From Escherichia coli (GTDB lineage Bacteria > Pseudomonadota > Gammaproteobacteria > Enterobacterales > Enterobacteriaceae), in NCBI RefSeq assembly GCF_030384885.1, contig NZ_CP128613.1: a stretch of DNA of 64,000 bases, one strand, 5' to 3'. The position numbers were made by a program, and so were the translations under genes. Numbering within the stretch: position 1 is the stretch's first letter; each line of letters opens with the position of its first letter. The notes beneath the pieces are model-generated. The model was not told the origin of the DNA, did not search any database, and worked only from the letters and a program-made list of their open reading frames with translations. This document shows, piece by piece, positions 1-10,155 of the stretch.

Positions 1-522
1 TCAAAAGCCACGCCGCTTGGCGCGGTGACTAAGTTTGGCGAGCACGGCAAACGTAAAGCGCGTAAAGATCTTGGCGTCAGTATGATGATGTACGGTCATG
101 TTTATGTGGCGCAGATTTCTCTCGGCGCGCAGCTCAACCAGACGGTGAAAGCGATTCAGGAAGCGGAAGCGTATCCGGGGCCATCGCTGATCATCGCTTA
201 TAGCCCGTGTGAAGAGCATGGTTACGATCTGGCACTCAGTCACGACCAGATGCGCCAACTCACTGCTACCGGCTTCTGGCCGCTATATCGCTTTGATCCG
301 CGTCGTGCCGATGAAGGCAAACTGCCGCTGGCGCTGGATTCACGCCCGCCGTCAGAAGCACTGGAAGAAACGTTACTTCACGAGCAGCGTTTCCGTCGTC
401 TGAATTCGCAGCAGCCAGAAGTGGCAGAACAGTTATGGAAAGATGCCGCAGCTGATTTGCAAAAACGCTATGACTTCCTGGCACAAATGGCCGGAAAAGC
501 GGAAAAAAGCAACACCGATTAA
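1..522 (+). CDS. pfo: pyruvate:flavodoxin oxidoreductase, C-terminal fragment (5' end lies outside the window)
   Basis: Open frame 1 runs from position 1 to the TAA at 520-522. Its position upstream of micC and ompN matches the K-12 neighbourhood. Only the C-terminal ~173 codons are present. Confidence 0.8.
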   Translation, partial: SKATPLGAVTKFGEHGKRKARKDLGVSMMMYGHVYVAQISLGAQLNQTVKAIQEAEAYPGPSLIIAYSPCEEHGYDLALSHDQMRQLTATGFWPLYRFDPRRADEGKLPLALDSRPPSEALEETLLHEQRFRRLNSQQPEVAEQLWKDAAADLQKRYDFLAQMAGKAEKSNTD

Positions 523-550
523 ATGCTCTGGATAAGGATTATCCAATTCT

Positions 551-660
551 AAAAAAAAGCCCGGACGACTGTTCGGGCTTGTCTTTTTATATGTTGGAAA
601 ATCAGTGGCAATGCAATGGCCCAACAGAAAATAAAATCTGTGACAATAAAGGCATATAAC
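551..660 (-). ncRNA. micC: MicC small RNA, which represses porin mRNAs with Hfq
   Basis: The reverse complement of 551-660 reads GTTATATGCCTTTATTGTCACAGATTTTATTTTCTGTTGGGCCATTGCATTGCCACTGATTTTCCAACATATAAAAAGACAAGCCCGAACAGTCGTCCGGGCTTTTTTTT. This matches my memory of MicC, including its terminator hairpin. It sits between pfo and ompN, divergent from ompN, as in K-12. Confidence 0.85.
557..590. terminator. bidirectional rho-independent terminator serving pfo (+) and micC (-)
   Basis: Hairpin AAGCCCGGACGACTGTTCGGGCTT. It is followed by a T-run on the + strand (584-589) and preceded by an A-run, which gives a T-run on the - strand (551-558). Confidence 0.8.
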
Positions 661-887
661 CCGCGCAGAATAACGTATAGCAAATTAAAAGTATAATTTT
701 TATTTTGTATGTATTACCTTCAATACATTCACCATACTTATTATCATTTCATAAGAATTATTTGATTAAGATTTAACTTAAGGCGTAACAAATGATATTT
801 ATCGGCTAACGGAACTTCTCCTTTAGGATGTTTTTACTCCCCGAAGCCGGGGTAAAAGGCAAATAAAATAACTAAAGGATTTATTCA

Positions 888-2021
888 ATGAAAAGCAAAG
901 CACTGGCACTCTTAATTCCGTCCCTGCTTGCAGCAGGTGCTGCACATGCAGCCGAAGTTTATAATAAAGACGGCAACAAATTAGATCTGTATGGCAAAGT
1001 TGATGGCCTGCATTATTTTTCTGATAATTCAGCGAAAGATGGCGACCAGAGCTATGCGCGTCTGGGTTTTAAAGGCGAAACCCAAATTAACGATCAACTT
1101 ACTGGCTACGGTCAATGGGAATACAATATTCAGGCAAACAACACTGAATCTTCAAAAAACCAGTCATGGACCCGTCTGGCATTTGCCGGACTGAAATTTG
1201 CAGATTACGGTTCTTTCGATTACGGACGTAATTATGGCGTAATGTACGACATCGAAGGCTGGACCGATATGCTGCCTGAATTTGGCGGTGACTCTTATAC
1301 CAATGCAGACAACTTTATGACTGGTCGTGCCAATGGCGTCGCGACTTATCGTAACACTGATTTCTTCGGTCTGGTAAATGGTCTGAACTTCGCGGTGCAG
1401 TATCAAGGTAACAACGAAGGAGCCAGTAATGGTCAGGAAGGCACCAACAACGGACGTGATGTTCGCCATGAAAACGGTGACGGCTGGGGTCTTTCCACAA
1501 CATATGATTTAGGCATGGGCTTTAGCGCTGGTGCGGCATACACCTCTTCTGACCGCACCAATGACCAGGTTAACCATACTGCGGCGGGTGGTGATAAAGC
1601 AGACGCGTGGACTGCTGGGCTAAAATACGATGCTAACAATATTTACCTGGCAACCATGTATTCAGAAACGCGTAATATGACCCCGTTTGGCGACAGCGAT
1701 TATGCTGTTGCAAACAAAACCCAGAACTTTGAAGTCACTGCACAGTACCAGTTTGATTTTGGTCTGCGTCCGGCAGTCTCTTTCCTGATGTCTAAAGGCC
1801 GTGACCTGCACGCTGCCGGTGGTGCAGACAACCCGGCAGGTGTTGATGATAAAGATCTGGTAAAATACGCCGATGTTGGCGCGACTTACTATTTCAATAA
1901 AAATATGTCCACTTACGTTGACTATAAAATCAACCTGTTGGATGAAGATGACAGCTTCTACGCTGCCAACGGCATCTCTACCGATGATATTGTCGCTTTA
2001 GGTCTGGTTTATCAGTTCTAA
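888..2021 (+). CDS. ompN: outer membrane porin OmpN
   Basis: 377-aa ORF. It has a signal peptide ([21 protein letters not shown]) and a porin C-terminus ending in F (LVYQF). It lies between pfo and uspF. Confidence 0.93.
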   Translation: MKSKALALLIPSLLAAGAAHAAEVYNKDGNKLDLYGKVDGLHYFSDNSAKDGDQSYARLGFKGETQINDQLTGYGQWEYNIQANNTESSKNQSWTRLAFAGLKFADYGSFDYGRNYGVMYDIEGWTDMLPEFGGDSYTNADNFMTGRANGVATYRNTDFFGLVNGLNFAVQYQGNNEGASNGQEGTNNGRDVRHENGDGWGLSTTYDLGMGFSAGAAYTSSDRTNDQVNHTAAGGDKADAWTAGLKYDANNIYLATMYSETRNMTPFGDSDYAVANKTQNFEVTAQYQFDFGLRPAVSFLMSKGRDLHAAGGADNPAGVDDKDLVKYADVGATYYFNKNMSTYVDYKINLLDEDDSFYAANGISTDDIVALGLVYQF

Positions 2022-2029
2022 ATCCTCCT

Positions 2030-2055
2030 GCCCGCTGTTATGGCGGGCTTTTTCT
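2030..2055 (+). terminator. ompN rho-independent terminator
   Basis: GCCCGCTGTTATGGCGGGC followed by TTTTT. Confidence 0.75.
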
Positions 2056-2080
2056 GCTTATTCTTCCTCCTTTGATCTAA

Positions 2081-2596
<516 letters not shown>

Positions 2597-2602
2597 CACT
2601 AA

Positions 2603-2629
2603 CGCCCGCACATTGCTGCGGGCTTTTTG
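2603..2629 (+). terminator. uspF terminator
   Basis: GCCCGCACATTGCTGCGGGC followed by TTTTT. Confidence 0.7.
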
Positions 2630-2771
2630 ATTCATTTCGCAAATGTGCTGACATTTTCCCCTCTAATCCGTACCATACACGCCACAGTTTTTATATCAGA
2701 TTTCTTATGCTGGGCGTTCCGGCATGACGCATACTCTTCTGATGCCATATAACGAATTGAGTCGCTTTTAA

Positions 2772-3707
2772 ATGTCGCAAAATCAAGAAATTAGTAAGAA
2801 AGAACAATACAATCTGAACAAATTACAAAAACGTCTGCGTCGTAACGTGGGCGAAGCCATTGCTGACTTCAATATGATTGAAGAAGGCGATCGCATCATG
2901 GTTTGCCTCTCCGGGGGTAAAGACAGCTATACCATGCTGGAGATTCTGCGCAATTTGCAGCAAAGCGCGCCAATCAATTTTTCGCTGGTGGCTGTTAACC
3001 TCGATCAAAAGCAACCGGGCTTCCCGGAACACGTTCTGCCCGAGTATCTTGAAAAGCTGGGCATTGAGTACAAGATTGTGGAAGAGAACACTTACGGTAT
3101 CGTGAAAGAGAAGATTCCGGAGGGCAAAACCACTTGCTCACTGTGTTCTCGTCTTCGTCGCGGAATTCTTTACCGTACCGCAACGGAACTGGGAGCGACG
3201 AAGATCGCGCTGGGTCACCATCGTGACGATATCCTGCAAACGTTGTTCTTAAATATGTTCTACGGCGGCAAGATGAAAGGTATGCCTCCGAAACTGATGA
3301 GCGATGATGGCAAACATATTGTGATTCGTCCGCTGGCCTACTGCCGCGAGAAAGATATTCAGCGCTTTGCCGATGCAAAAGCGTTCCCGATTATTCCGTG
3401 CAACCTGTGCGGTTCACAACCTAACCTGCAACGTCAGGTGATTGCTGACATGTTGCGTGACTGGGATAAACGTTATCCGGGGCGTATCGAGACGATGTTC
3501 AGCGCGATGCAGAATGTGGTGCCGTCGCATCTGTGCGATACCAACCTGTTCGATTTCAAAGGCATTACCCACGGTTCTGAAGTGGTTAACGGGGGTGATC
3601 TGGCGTTTGATCGCGAAGAGATCCCTCTACAACCGGCGGGTTGGCAGCCTGAAGAAGATGAAAATCAGTTGGATGAGTTACGACTGAATGTGGTTGAAGT
3701 GAAATAA
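2772..3707 (+). CDS. ttcA: tRNA 2-thiocytidine(32) synthetase TtcA, intact
   Basis: 311-aa ORF with the PP-loop SGGKDS and CxxC pairs. It is full length. In K-12 the Rac prophage attB lies at the end of this gene. Confidence 0.93.
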   Translation: MSQNQEISKKEQYNLNKLQKRLRRNVGEAIADFNMIEEGDRIMVCLSGGKDSYTMLEILRNLQQSAPINFSLVAVNLDQKQPGFPEHVLPEYLEKLGIEYKIVEENTYGIVKEKIPEGKTTCSLCSRLRRGILYRTATELGATKIALGHHRDDILQTLFLNMFYGGKMKGMPPKLMSDDGKHIVIRPLAYCREKDIQRFADAKAFPIIPCNLCGSQPNLQRQVIADMLRDWDKRYPGRIETMFSAMQNVVPSHLCDTNLFDFKGITHGSEVVNGGDLAFDREEIPLQPAGWQPEEDENQLDELRLNVVEVK

Positions 3708-3708
3708 C

Positions 3709-3787
3709 CCGGATAGCGCCCGATGCGCAAGCTTATCGGGCTACTCTTATGGAGGCCGGATAAGACGCGGCCAGCGTCGCATCCGGC
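3709..3787. repeat. REP/BIME palindromic units between ttcA and dbpA
   Basis: GGCCGGATAAGACGCGGCCAGCGTCGCATCCGGC (3754-3787), plus an upstream REP-like hairpin GCCCGATGCGCAAGCTTATCGGGC. Confidence 0.7.
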
Positions 3788-3835
3788 AATCCCGAAGAAG
3801 ATGTTTACTCTTGCACCCTGCGATTCAACATTTCA

Positions 3836-5209
3836 TTATTTTAATAACCGCACCCGGCACGTTTTTCCTTTAATCTTCCCGCCCTGTAACTGTTTCCATG
3901 CTTTATGAGCAACAGCCTGACGCACCGCAACATAGACATGCGCCGGATGCACGGCGATTTTGCCAATATCTGCGCCATCAAGCCCGATATCTCCTGTCAG
4001 CGCACCTAATACATCACCCGGGCGCATTTTGGCTTTTTTCCCGCCATCGATACATAACGTTGCCATTTCTGCTTCCAGCGGCACAATGGAACTATTAACT
4101 GGCGGCGTTTGCCAGTTAAGTTTTATCTGCAACATGTCAGAAATGATATTGGCCCGCTGTGCTTCTTCCGGGGCACAGAAACTGATCGCCAGACCGCTAT
4201 TTCCTGCACGCGCTGTACGCCCGATGCGATGTACATGAACTTCAGGGTCCCACGCCAGTTCAAAGTTCACTACCAGCTCAAGCGATTTAATATCAAGACC
4301 ACGCGCAGCAACATCCGTCGCAACCAGCACACGAGCGCTACCGTTAGCAAAACGTACCAGGGTCTGATCGCGGTCACGTTGCTCCAGATCGCCATGTAAC
4401 GACAATGCACTTTGCCCTATGTCATTCAGCGCGTCGCAGACAGCCTGACAATCTTTTTTGGTATTGCAAAACACCACGCAAGAGGATGGCTGATGCAAAC
4501 TTAATAACCGTTGCAACAGCGGAATTTTGCCTTTGCTGGATGTCTCATAAAATTGTTGTTCAATGGGAGGCAGAGCATCTGTTGAGTCAATTTCAATCGC
4601 CAATGGATCGCGTTGCACTCGTCCGCTGATTGCGGTGATGGCTTCCGGCCAGGTTGCCGAAAACAGAAGCGTCTGTCGAGATGCTGGCGCAAAACGGATA
4701 ACATCATCAATGGCATCGCTAAATCCCATATCCAGCATGCGATCGGCTTCATCCATCACCAGCATATTCAACGCATCCAGTGATACCGTGCCTTTTTGCA
4801 GATGGTCCAGCAAACGACCCGGGGTTGCCACGATAATATGCGGCGCATGTTGCAACGAATCACGCTGCATACCGAACGGTTGACCACCGCACAAAGTCAA
4901 AATTTTGGTATTTGGCAGAAAACGCGCCAGCCGACGCAATTCACCTGCCACCTGATCCGCCAGTTCACGCGTAGGGCACAGCACTAAAGCCTGGGTCTGA
5001 AATAGCGACGCATCAATTTTCTGTAGCAGCCCGAGGCCAAAAGCCGCCGTTTTGCCGCTGCCGGTTTTCGCCTGCACGCGAACATCTTTTCCGGCAAGGA
5101 TCGCCGGAAGCGCGGCGGCCTGCACCGGCGTCATAGTTAAATAACCCAACTCATTAAGGTTCGTGAGTTGGGCGGGAGGCAAAACATTCAGGGTAGAAAA
5201 AGCGGTCAC
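3836..5209 (-). CDS. dbpA: ATP-dependent RNA helicase DbpA (DEAD-box)
   Basis: 457-aa ORF. Q-motif, Walker A (GSGKT), DEAD (VMDEAD), SAT and HRIGRT motifs are present. Confidence 0.95.
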   Translation of the reverse strand: MTAFSTLNVLPPAQLTNLNELGYLTMTPVQAAALPAILAGKDVRVQAKTGSGKTAAFGLGLLQKIDASLFQTQALVLCPTRELADQVAGELRRLARFLPNTKILTLCGGQPFGMQRDSLQHAPHIIVATPGRLLDHLQKGTVSLDALNMLVMDEADRMLDMGFSDAIDDVIRFAPASRQTLLFSATWPEAITAISGRVQRDPLAIEIDSTDALPPIEQQFYETSSKGKIPLLQRLLSLHQPSSCVVFCNTKKDCQAVCDALNDIGQSALSLHGDLEQRDRDQTLVRFANGSARVLVATDVAARGLDIKSLELVVNFELAWDPEVHVHRIGRTARAGNSGLAISFCAPEEAQRANIISDMLQIKLNWQTPPVNSSIVPLEAEMATLCIDGGKKAKMRPGDVLGALTGDIGLDGADIGKIAVHPAHVYVAVRQAVAHKAWKQLQGGKIKGKTCRVRLLK

Positions 5210-5239
5210 AATCTGTTCTCGTGGTCATCGACGCAAAAA

Positions 5240-5413
5240 TTAGCAAGCGCGTATCCTCGCAGATCTACGCTCACGATGCGACAATTTAATCGGTTCTTCA
5301 TCGGGTGGTGGGTCAGGCATGGGTTGCGGGCGAGGGATTGGATCGGGCACTGGAACAGGATCGCCAGGAATCGGTTCAGGGACAGGAATTTGCAAATAAA
5401 TGAGTGTCGTCAT
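5240..5413 (-). CDS. candidate 57-aa proline-rich small ORF in the dbpA leader (MTTLIYLQIPVPEPIPGDPVPVPDPIPRPQPMPDPPPDEEPIKLSHRERRSARIRAC)
   Basis: ATG with a GGAGGG SD 4 nt upstream, read on the - strand. The uninterrupted frame ends 30 nt upstream of the dbpA start. It is below the ORF-track length cutoff. There is no homology support. Confidence 0.3.
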   Translation of the reverse strand: MTTLIYLQIPVPEPIPGDPVPVPDPIPRPQPMPDPPPDEEPIKLSHRERRSARIRAC

Positions 5414-5470
5414 ATTTCCCTCCGGTCATTGGGTGGACTCTTAAAGGGTAGACGCTGATATATAACAGGC

Positions 5471-5592
5471 AAAAAAAAGCCGACTCATCAAAGTCGGCGT
5501 CGTACGAATCAATTGTGCTATGCAGTAATTCAAAAAAGGAAGTAAGACAATATGGAGCGCAACGCCCATCGCTTGACGTTGCATTCACCTGC
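5471..5592 (-). ncRNA. fnrS: FnrS small RNA, FNR-activated and Hfq-dependent
   Basis: The reverse complement reads GCAGGTGAATGCAACGTCAAGCGATGGGCGTTGCGCTCCATATTGTCTTACTTCC...GCCGACTTTGATGAGTCGGCTTTTTTTT. This matches my memory of FnrS in the zntB-dbpA intergenic region, with a terminator hairpin and U-run. Confidence 0.85.
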
Positions 5593-5627
5593 AAGAGAGA
5601 TATTGCCCTGAATGGGTAGAGAGTTTA

Positions 5628-5641
5628 TTGACTTCGCTCAA
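5628..5641. promoter_or_regulatory. FNR box TTGAC-N4-CTCAA, centred ~42 bp upstream of the FnrS 5' end (class II position)
   Basis: TTGACTTCGCTCAA, compared with the consensus TTGAT-N4-ATCAA. The spacing to the inferred fnrS start at 5592 fits an FNR-dependent class II promoter. Confidence 0.6.
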
Positions 5642-5687
5642 ACTTTGCGGCGTTTTTGTATACAGATAGTAGGGAAAATTGCTGTTG

Positions 5688-6692
<1,005 letters not shown>

Positions 6693-6925
6693 TTATTTTG
6701 TAGTCTAGCCTTCTGGCCCTGTTACGCAACATCTCATCACCCCATTACCCTGAAATGATTAATAAAATTCTGTCTAAATTGAATACAAAAAGCAAAATGC
6801 TTTTCCATATACAAACCGTGTGAAGTGTTAAATAGCGTCTATCATTATCAGAATTATCTGATCATATGACGTGGCTTTATTGCGATCGGATAGCAACAAA
6901 AATTGATAAAAATAACGGGATCTCA

Positions 6926-8158
6926 ATGATTACGCACAACTTCAATACCCTGGACTTACTCACCAGTCCTGTCTGGATCGTTTCGCCCTTTGAGGAACAG
7001 TTAATTTATGCCAACAGCGCGGCGCGACTGTTGATGCAAGACCTCACGTTTAGTCAGCTACGAACCGGTCCCTATTCCGTCTCCTCACAAAAAGAACTGC
7101 CGAAATACCTCTCCGATCTGCAAAACCAACACGATATTATCGAAATCCTCACCGTTCAACGTAAAGAAGAGGAAACAGCATTAAGCTGTCGGCTTGTTTT
7201 GCGAGAGCTGACAGAAGCAGAACCGGTGATTATTTTCGAAGGTATCGAAGCACCGGCAACGCTGGGTTTAAAAGCCAGTCGCTCGGCAAATTATCAGCGC
7301 AAAAAACAAGGTTTTTATGCGCGCTTTTTTCTGACTAACTCTGCACCAATGTTGTTGATTGACCCCTCACGAGATGGCCAAATCGTCGATGCTAACCTCG
7401 CCGCGCTCAATTTCTATGGTTATAACCATGAAACGATGTGCCAGAAACATACCTGGGAAATTAATATGCTCGGGCGTCGCGTCATGCCTATCATGCATGA
7501 AATCTCGCATTTACCCGGTGGTCATAAGCCTTTGAATTTTGTTCATAAACTGGCGGATGGTTCGACTCGTCATGTGCAGACCTATGCTGGGCCGATTGAA
7601 ATTTATGGCGACAAGCTCATGTTATGTATTGTGCATGATATTACGGAGCAAAAACGGCTGGAGGAGCAGCTGGAACATGCTGCCCACCATGACGCGATGA
7701 CCGGATTACTGAATCGGCGCCAGTTTTATCACATTACCGAGCCAGGCCAAATGCAGCACCTCGCCATCACTCAGGATTACAGCTTATTGCTCATCGACAC
7801 CGATCGTTTTAAACACATTAACGATCTCTATGGGCATTCTAAAGGTGATGAGGTGTTATGCGCCCTCGCCCGCACTCTCGAAAGTTGCGCTCGCAAAGGC
7901 GATTTGGTGTTTCGTTGGGGAGGCGAAGAGTTTGTCTTATTGCTACCAAGAACCCCACTGGATACCGCGCTTTCGCTGGCTGAAACTATCCGCGTAAGCG
8001 TGACAAAAGTGAGTATTTCGGGCTTACCACGCTTTACCGTCAGCATTGGTGTGGCGCATCACGAAGGAAATGAAAGCATCGATGAACTGTTTAAACGCGT
8101 TGATGATGCTTTGTATCGGGCGAAAAATGATGGACGCAACCGCGTGCTGGCGGCATAA
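6926..8158 (+). CDS. dgcM: diguanylate cyclase DgcM (YdaM), PAS-PAS-GGDEF
   Basis: GGEEF motif (RWGGEEFVLL). The N-terminus MITHNFNTLDLL matches K-12 DgcM. The track ORF begins 20 codons upstream, at 6866. Confidence 0.88.
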   Translation: MITHNFNTLDLLTSPVWIVSPFEEQLIYANSAARLLMQDLTFSQLRTGPYSVSSQKELPKYLSDLQNQHDIIEILTVQRKEEETALSCRLVLRELTEAEPVIIFEGIEAPATLGLKASRSANYQRKKQGFYARFFLTNSAPMLLIDPSRDGQIVDANLAALNFYGYNHETMCQKHTWEINMLGRRVMPIMHEISHLPGGHKPLNFVHKLADGSTRHVQTYAGPIEIYGDKLMLCIVHDITEQKRLEEQLEHAAHHDAMTGLLNRRQFYHITEPGQMQHLAITQDYSLLLIDTDRFKHINDLYGHSKGDEVLCALARTLESCARKGDLVFRWGGEEFVLLLPRTPLDTALSLAETIRVSVTKVSISGLPRFTVSIGVAHHEGNESIDELFKRVDDALYRAKNDGRNRVLAA

Positions 8159-8178
8159 GCCGCGGATGCGTCTCGAGA

Positions 8179-8742
8179 TCAACGACTGCGCTTAGCGTGG
8201 CGCTCCCAGTTTTCTTGCTTTGCCTGCGCCGTTTTACGTAGTGCGACGTAACACGCCCCGCTGCCGCCATGATGCGGTAGCGCGGTACAATATGCCTGGA
8301 CATCATCAAATTCGGTCAACCAGCGCGCCACATAGCTGCGGACAATATTGGCATGCGATTTATCTTCCCGCCCTTTACCATGAATAATCAGCACATTACG
8401 CAAACCATCCGCCAGGGCTTGTTGAATGAAACTGAACACCATTTTGCGGCACTCTTCCACCGGCTGGCGCAAAAGATTCAGGCTCGCCTGTTGCGGATAT
8501 TTACCACTGCGCAGCTTATCCAGCACCCCATGTTGCAACCCTTCCCGCCGAAACTCCAGCGGCTGGCTTAGCGGGATGATGTCGAGAAATCCGGTGGTGA
8601 GGAAATTATCAAGTTGCAGCGTGTCGATACGCTGCGGCGCACGTTGGTTACGCGTTGGATGCCAGTGGACATCTGTAGCACGTTTCAGCGGCTGGACATC
8701 TTCCATGGCGTCAAGAAACAGCGATTTGTCGTCAAGGTTCAT
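8179..8742 (-). CDS. smrA: Smr-domain DNA endonuclease SmrA (YdaL)
   Basis: 187-aa ORF. It has an Smr domain with IIHGKG and lies between dgcM and mcaS/abgR. Confidence 0.88.
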   Translation of the reverse strand: MNLDDKSLFLDAMEDVQPLKRATDVHWHPTRNQRAPQRIDTLQLDNFLTTGFLDIIPLSQPLEFRREGLQHGVLDKLRSGKYPQQASLNLLRQPVEECRKMVFSFIQQALADGLRNVLIIHGKGREDKSHANIVRSYVARWLTEFDDVQAYCTALPHHGGSGACYVALRKTAQAKQENWERHAKRSR

Positions 8743-8969
8743 GTTACATCCTCCCGCAATTAAGAGCGCGATATGATAACCAGACCGGGTCGGTCCAACA
8801 ACGTATTACCCAAAATTCCAGTAATAAGTTCCAAATGTTGCCGATATTTTAAGCAAAATGCTTATGCATGATTATTCATTCACGATATTAATAATGTAAC
8901 TTATATTTTCGTGAAATCTGTCACTGAAGAAAATTGGCAACTAAAGGTTAAAACCGTTATAACACAGTC

Positions 8970-9063
8970 ACCGGCGCAGAGGAGACCATGCCGGATTTAA
9001 GACGCGGATGCACTGCTGTGTGTACTGTAGAGTCTGGCGGATGTCGACAGACTCTATTTTTTT
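8970..9063 (+). ncRNA. mcaS: McaS small RNA (IS061)
   Basis: ACCGGCGCAGAGGAGACCATGCCGGATTTAAGACGCGGATGCACTGCTGTGTGTACTGTAGAGTCTGGCGGATGTCGACAGACTCTATTTTTTT matches my memory of McaS. There is a terminal hairpin and T-run. It is convergent with abgR. Confidence 0.85.
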
Positions 9064-9071
9064 ATGCAGTT

Positions 9072-9980
9072 TTAACTTTGCAGATAGCCGCATTCTCGCC
9101 GAAATTGCGTGATTAATGACGCGGTCAGTGGTGTCTGGCGACTATCACGCCGCTGAATCAAATAATAGGCCGCTTTCGGTAAAATTTCGCTAACCGGCAA
9201 CATCACCAGCCCCTGTCCGTGCAAGGGATCGCAGCCCATTTCTTCAGGTAGTATGCTGAGAAAATCGCTTTTTGCCACCAGACTGATACAGGCTGAAAAC
9301 GTCTCGCAGACTACGCCGACCTGTGGCGTTTGCGCCTGATCGTCAAGCAATTCACTCAACTGTTTGTAGTAGCTGCCGTGTGGCGTCGGCATTGTCCAGC
9401 TGTAGTCCAGTAACTGTTTGATCGAACGGGCACCAATGGCGGGATGTCCCGGGCGGCAAAAGATCGCGAATTGCTTTTCCAGTAATTTCTCAAAAGTAAA
9501 TTCGTGGTCGTAGGGTCCCTGATAATAGGTATTGATGGTGAAATCCAGTTCTCCCTGGCGCAATTCATTAATCATCGACACCAGTTGCCCTTCCATAATG
9601 CGTACTTTTACCTGCGGATGCTGCTGATGAAAACGAGATATGACAGCTGGCATCAGACTGCGGGAAATACTGGCCCCCATGCCGATATTAATTTGCCCTG
9701 CCAGTTGCCCTTGTCGTTGGCGAATATCCTCTTGCGCTGCGCGCAGCTCTTCAAGAATAAGACTGGCGTGCTGATAAAAACTTTCGCCGGCATCAGTTAA
9801 CGTCACGCCTTTACTACGGCGAAAAAAGAGTTGCGCCGCTAACCCTTCTTCCAGCTCCTGAATAGATTTACTCAGTGCCGGTTGCGACATATTCAACATG
9901 CGGCTCGCTCCGCGAATGCTGCCCTGACGAGCCACTTCAACAAAAGCCCGAATTTGATGAATTTTTACCTGAAAAGCCAT
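9072..9980 (-). CDS. abgR: LysR-family regulator AbgR
   Basis: 302-aa ORF with an N-terminal HTH. It is divergent from abgA. Confidence 0.93.
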   Translation of the reverse strand: MAFQVKIHQIRAFVEVARQGSIRGASRMLNMSQPALSKSIQELEEGLAAQLFFRRSKGVTLTDAGESFYQHASLILEELRAAQEDIRQRQGQLAGQINIGMGASISRSLMPAVISRFHQQHPQVKVRIMEGQLVSMINELRQGELDFTINTYYQGPYDHEFTFEKLLEKQFAIFCRPGHPAIGARSIKQLLDYSWTMPTPHGSYYKQLSELLDDQAQTPQVGVVCETFSACISLVAKSDFLSILPEEMGCDPLHGQGLVMLPVSEILPKAAYYLIQRRDSRQTPLTASLITQFRRECGYLQS

Positions 9981-10155
9981 GACGCCACCGATAACCGTTA
10001 TTTATCAGACCAAAGAAACTGGCATCTACTTTAATGCAGATGATTATGTCAGGGTAATTTATGAACGGTTAAAACTGTGAAAAATCAGTTAGTGATAAGT
10101 AAAAACTATCGCTACGTGAACCGGGTCACACTTTTTACTGATGACGGGAAAGGTT

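Noticed and set aside
433-624. 63-aa ORF on the minus strand
   Set aside because: It overlaps the pfo 3' end, the shared terminator and MicC. It is a shadow of an RNA gene and has no RBS.
5168-5458. 96-aa Gly/Arg/Trp-rich ORF on the + strand
   Set aside because: It is antisense to the Pro-rich small ORF and dbpA leader. Its composition is the mirror image of a Pro-rich frame, and it has no SD.
5376-5594. 72-aa ORF on the minus strand
   Set aside because: It coincides with FnrS sRNA and its promoter. It is not a protein-coding gene.
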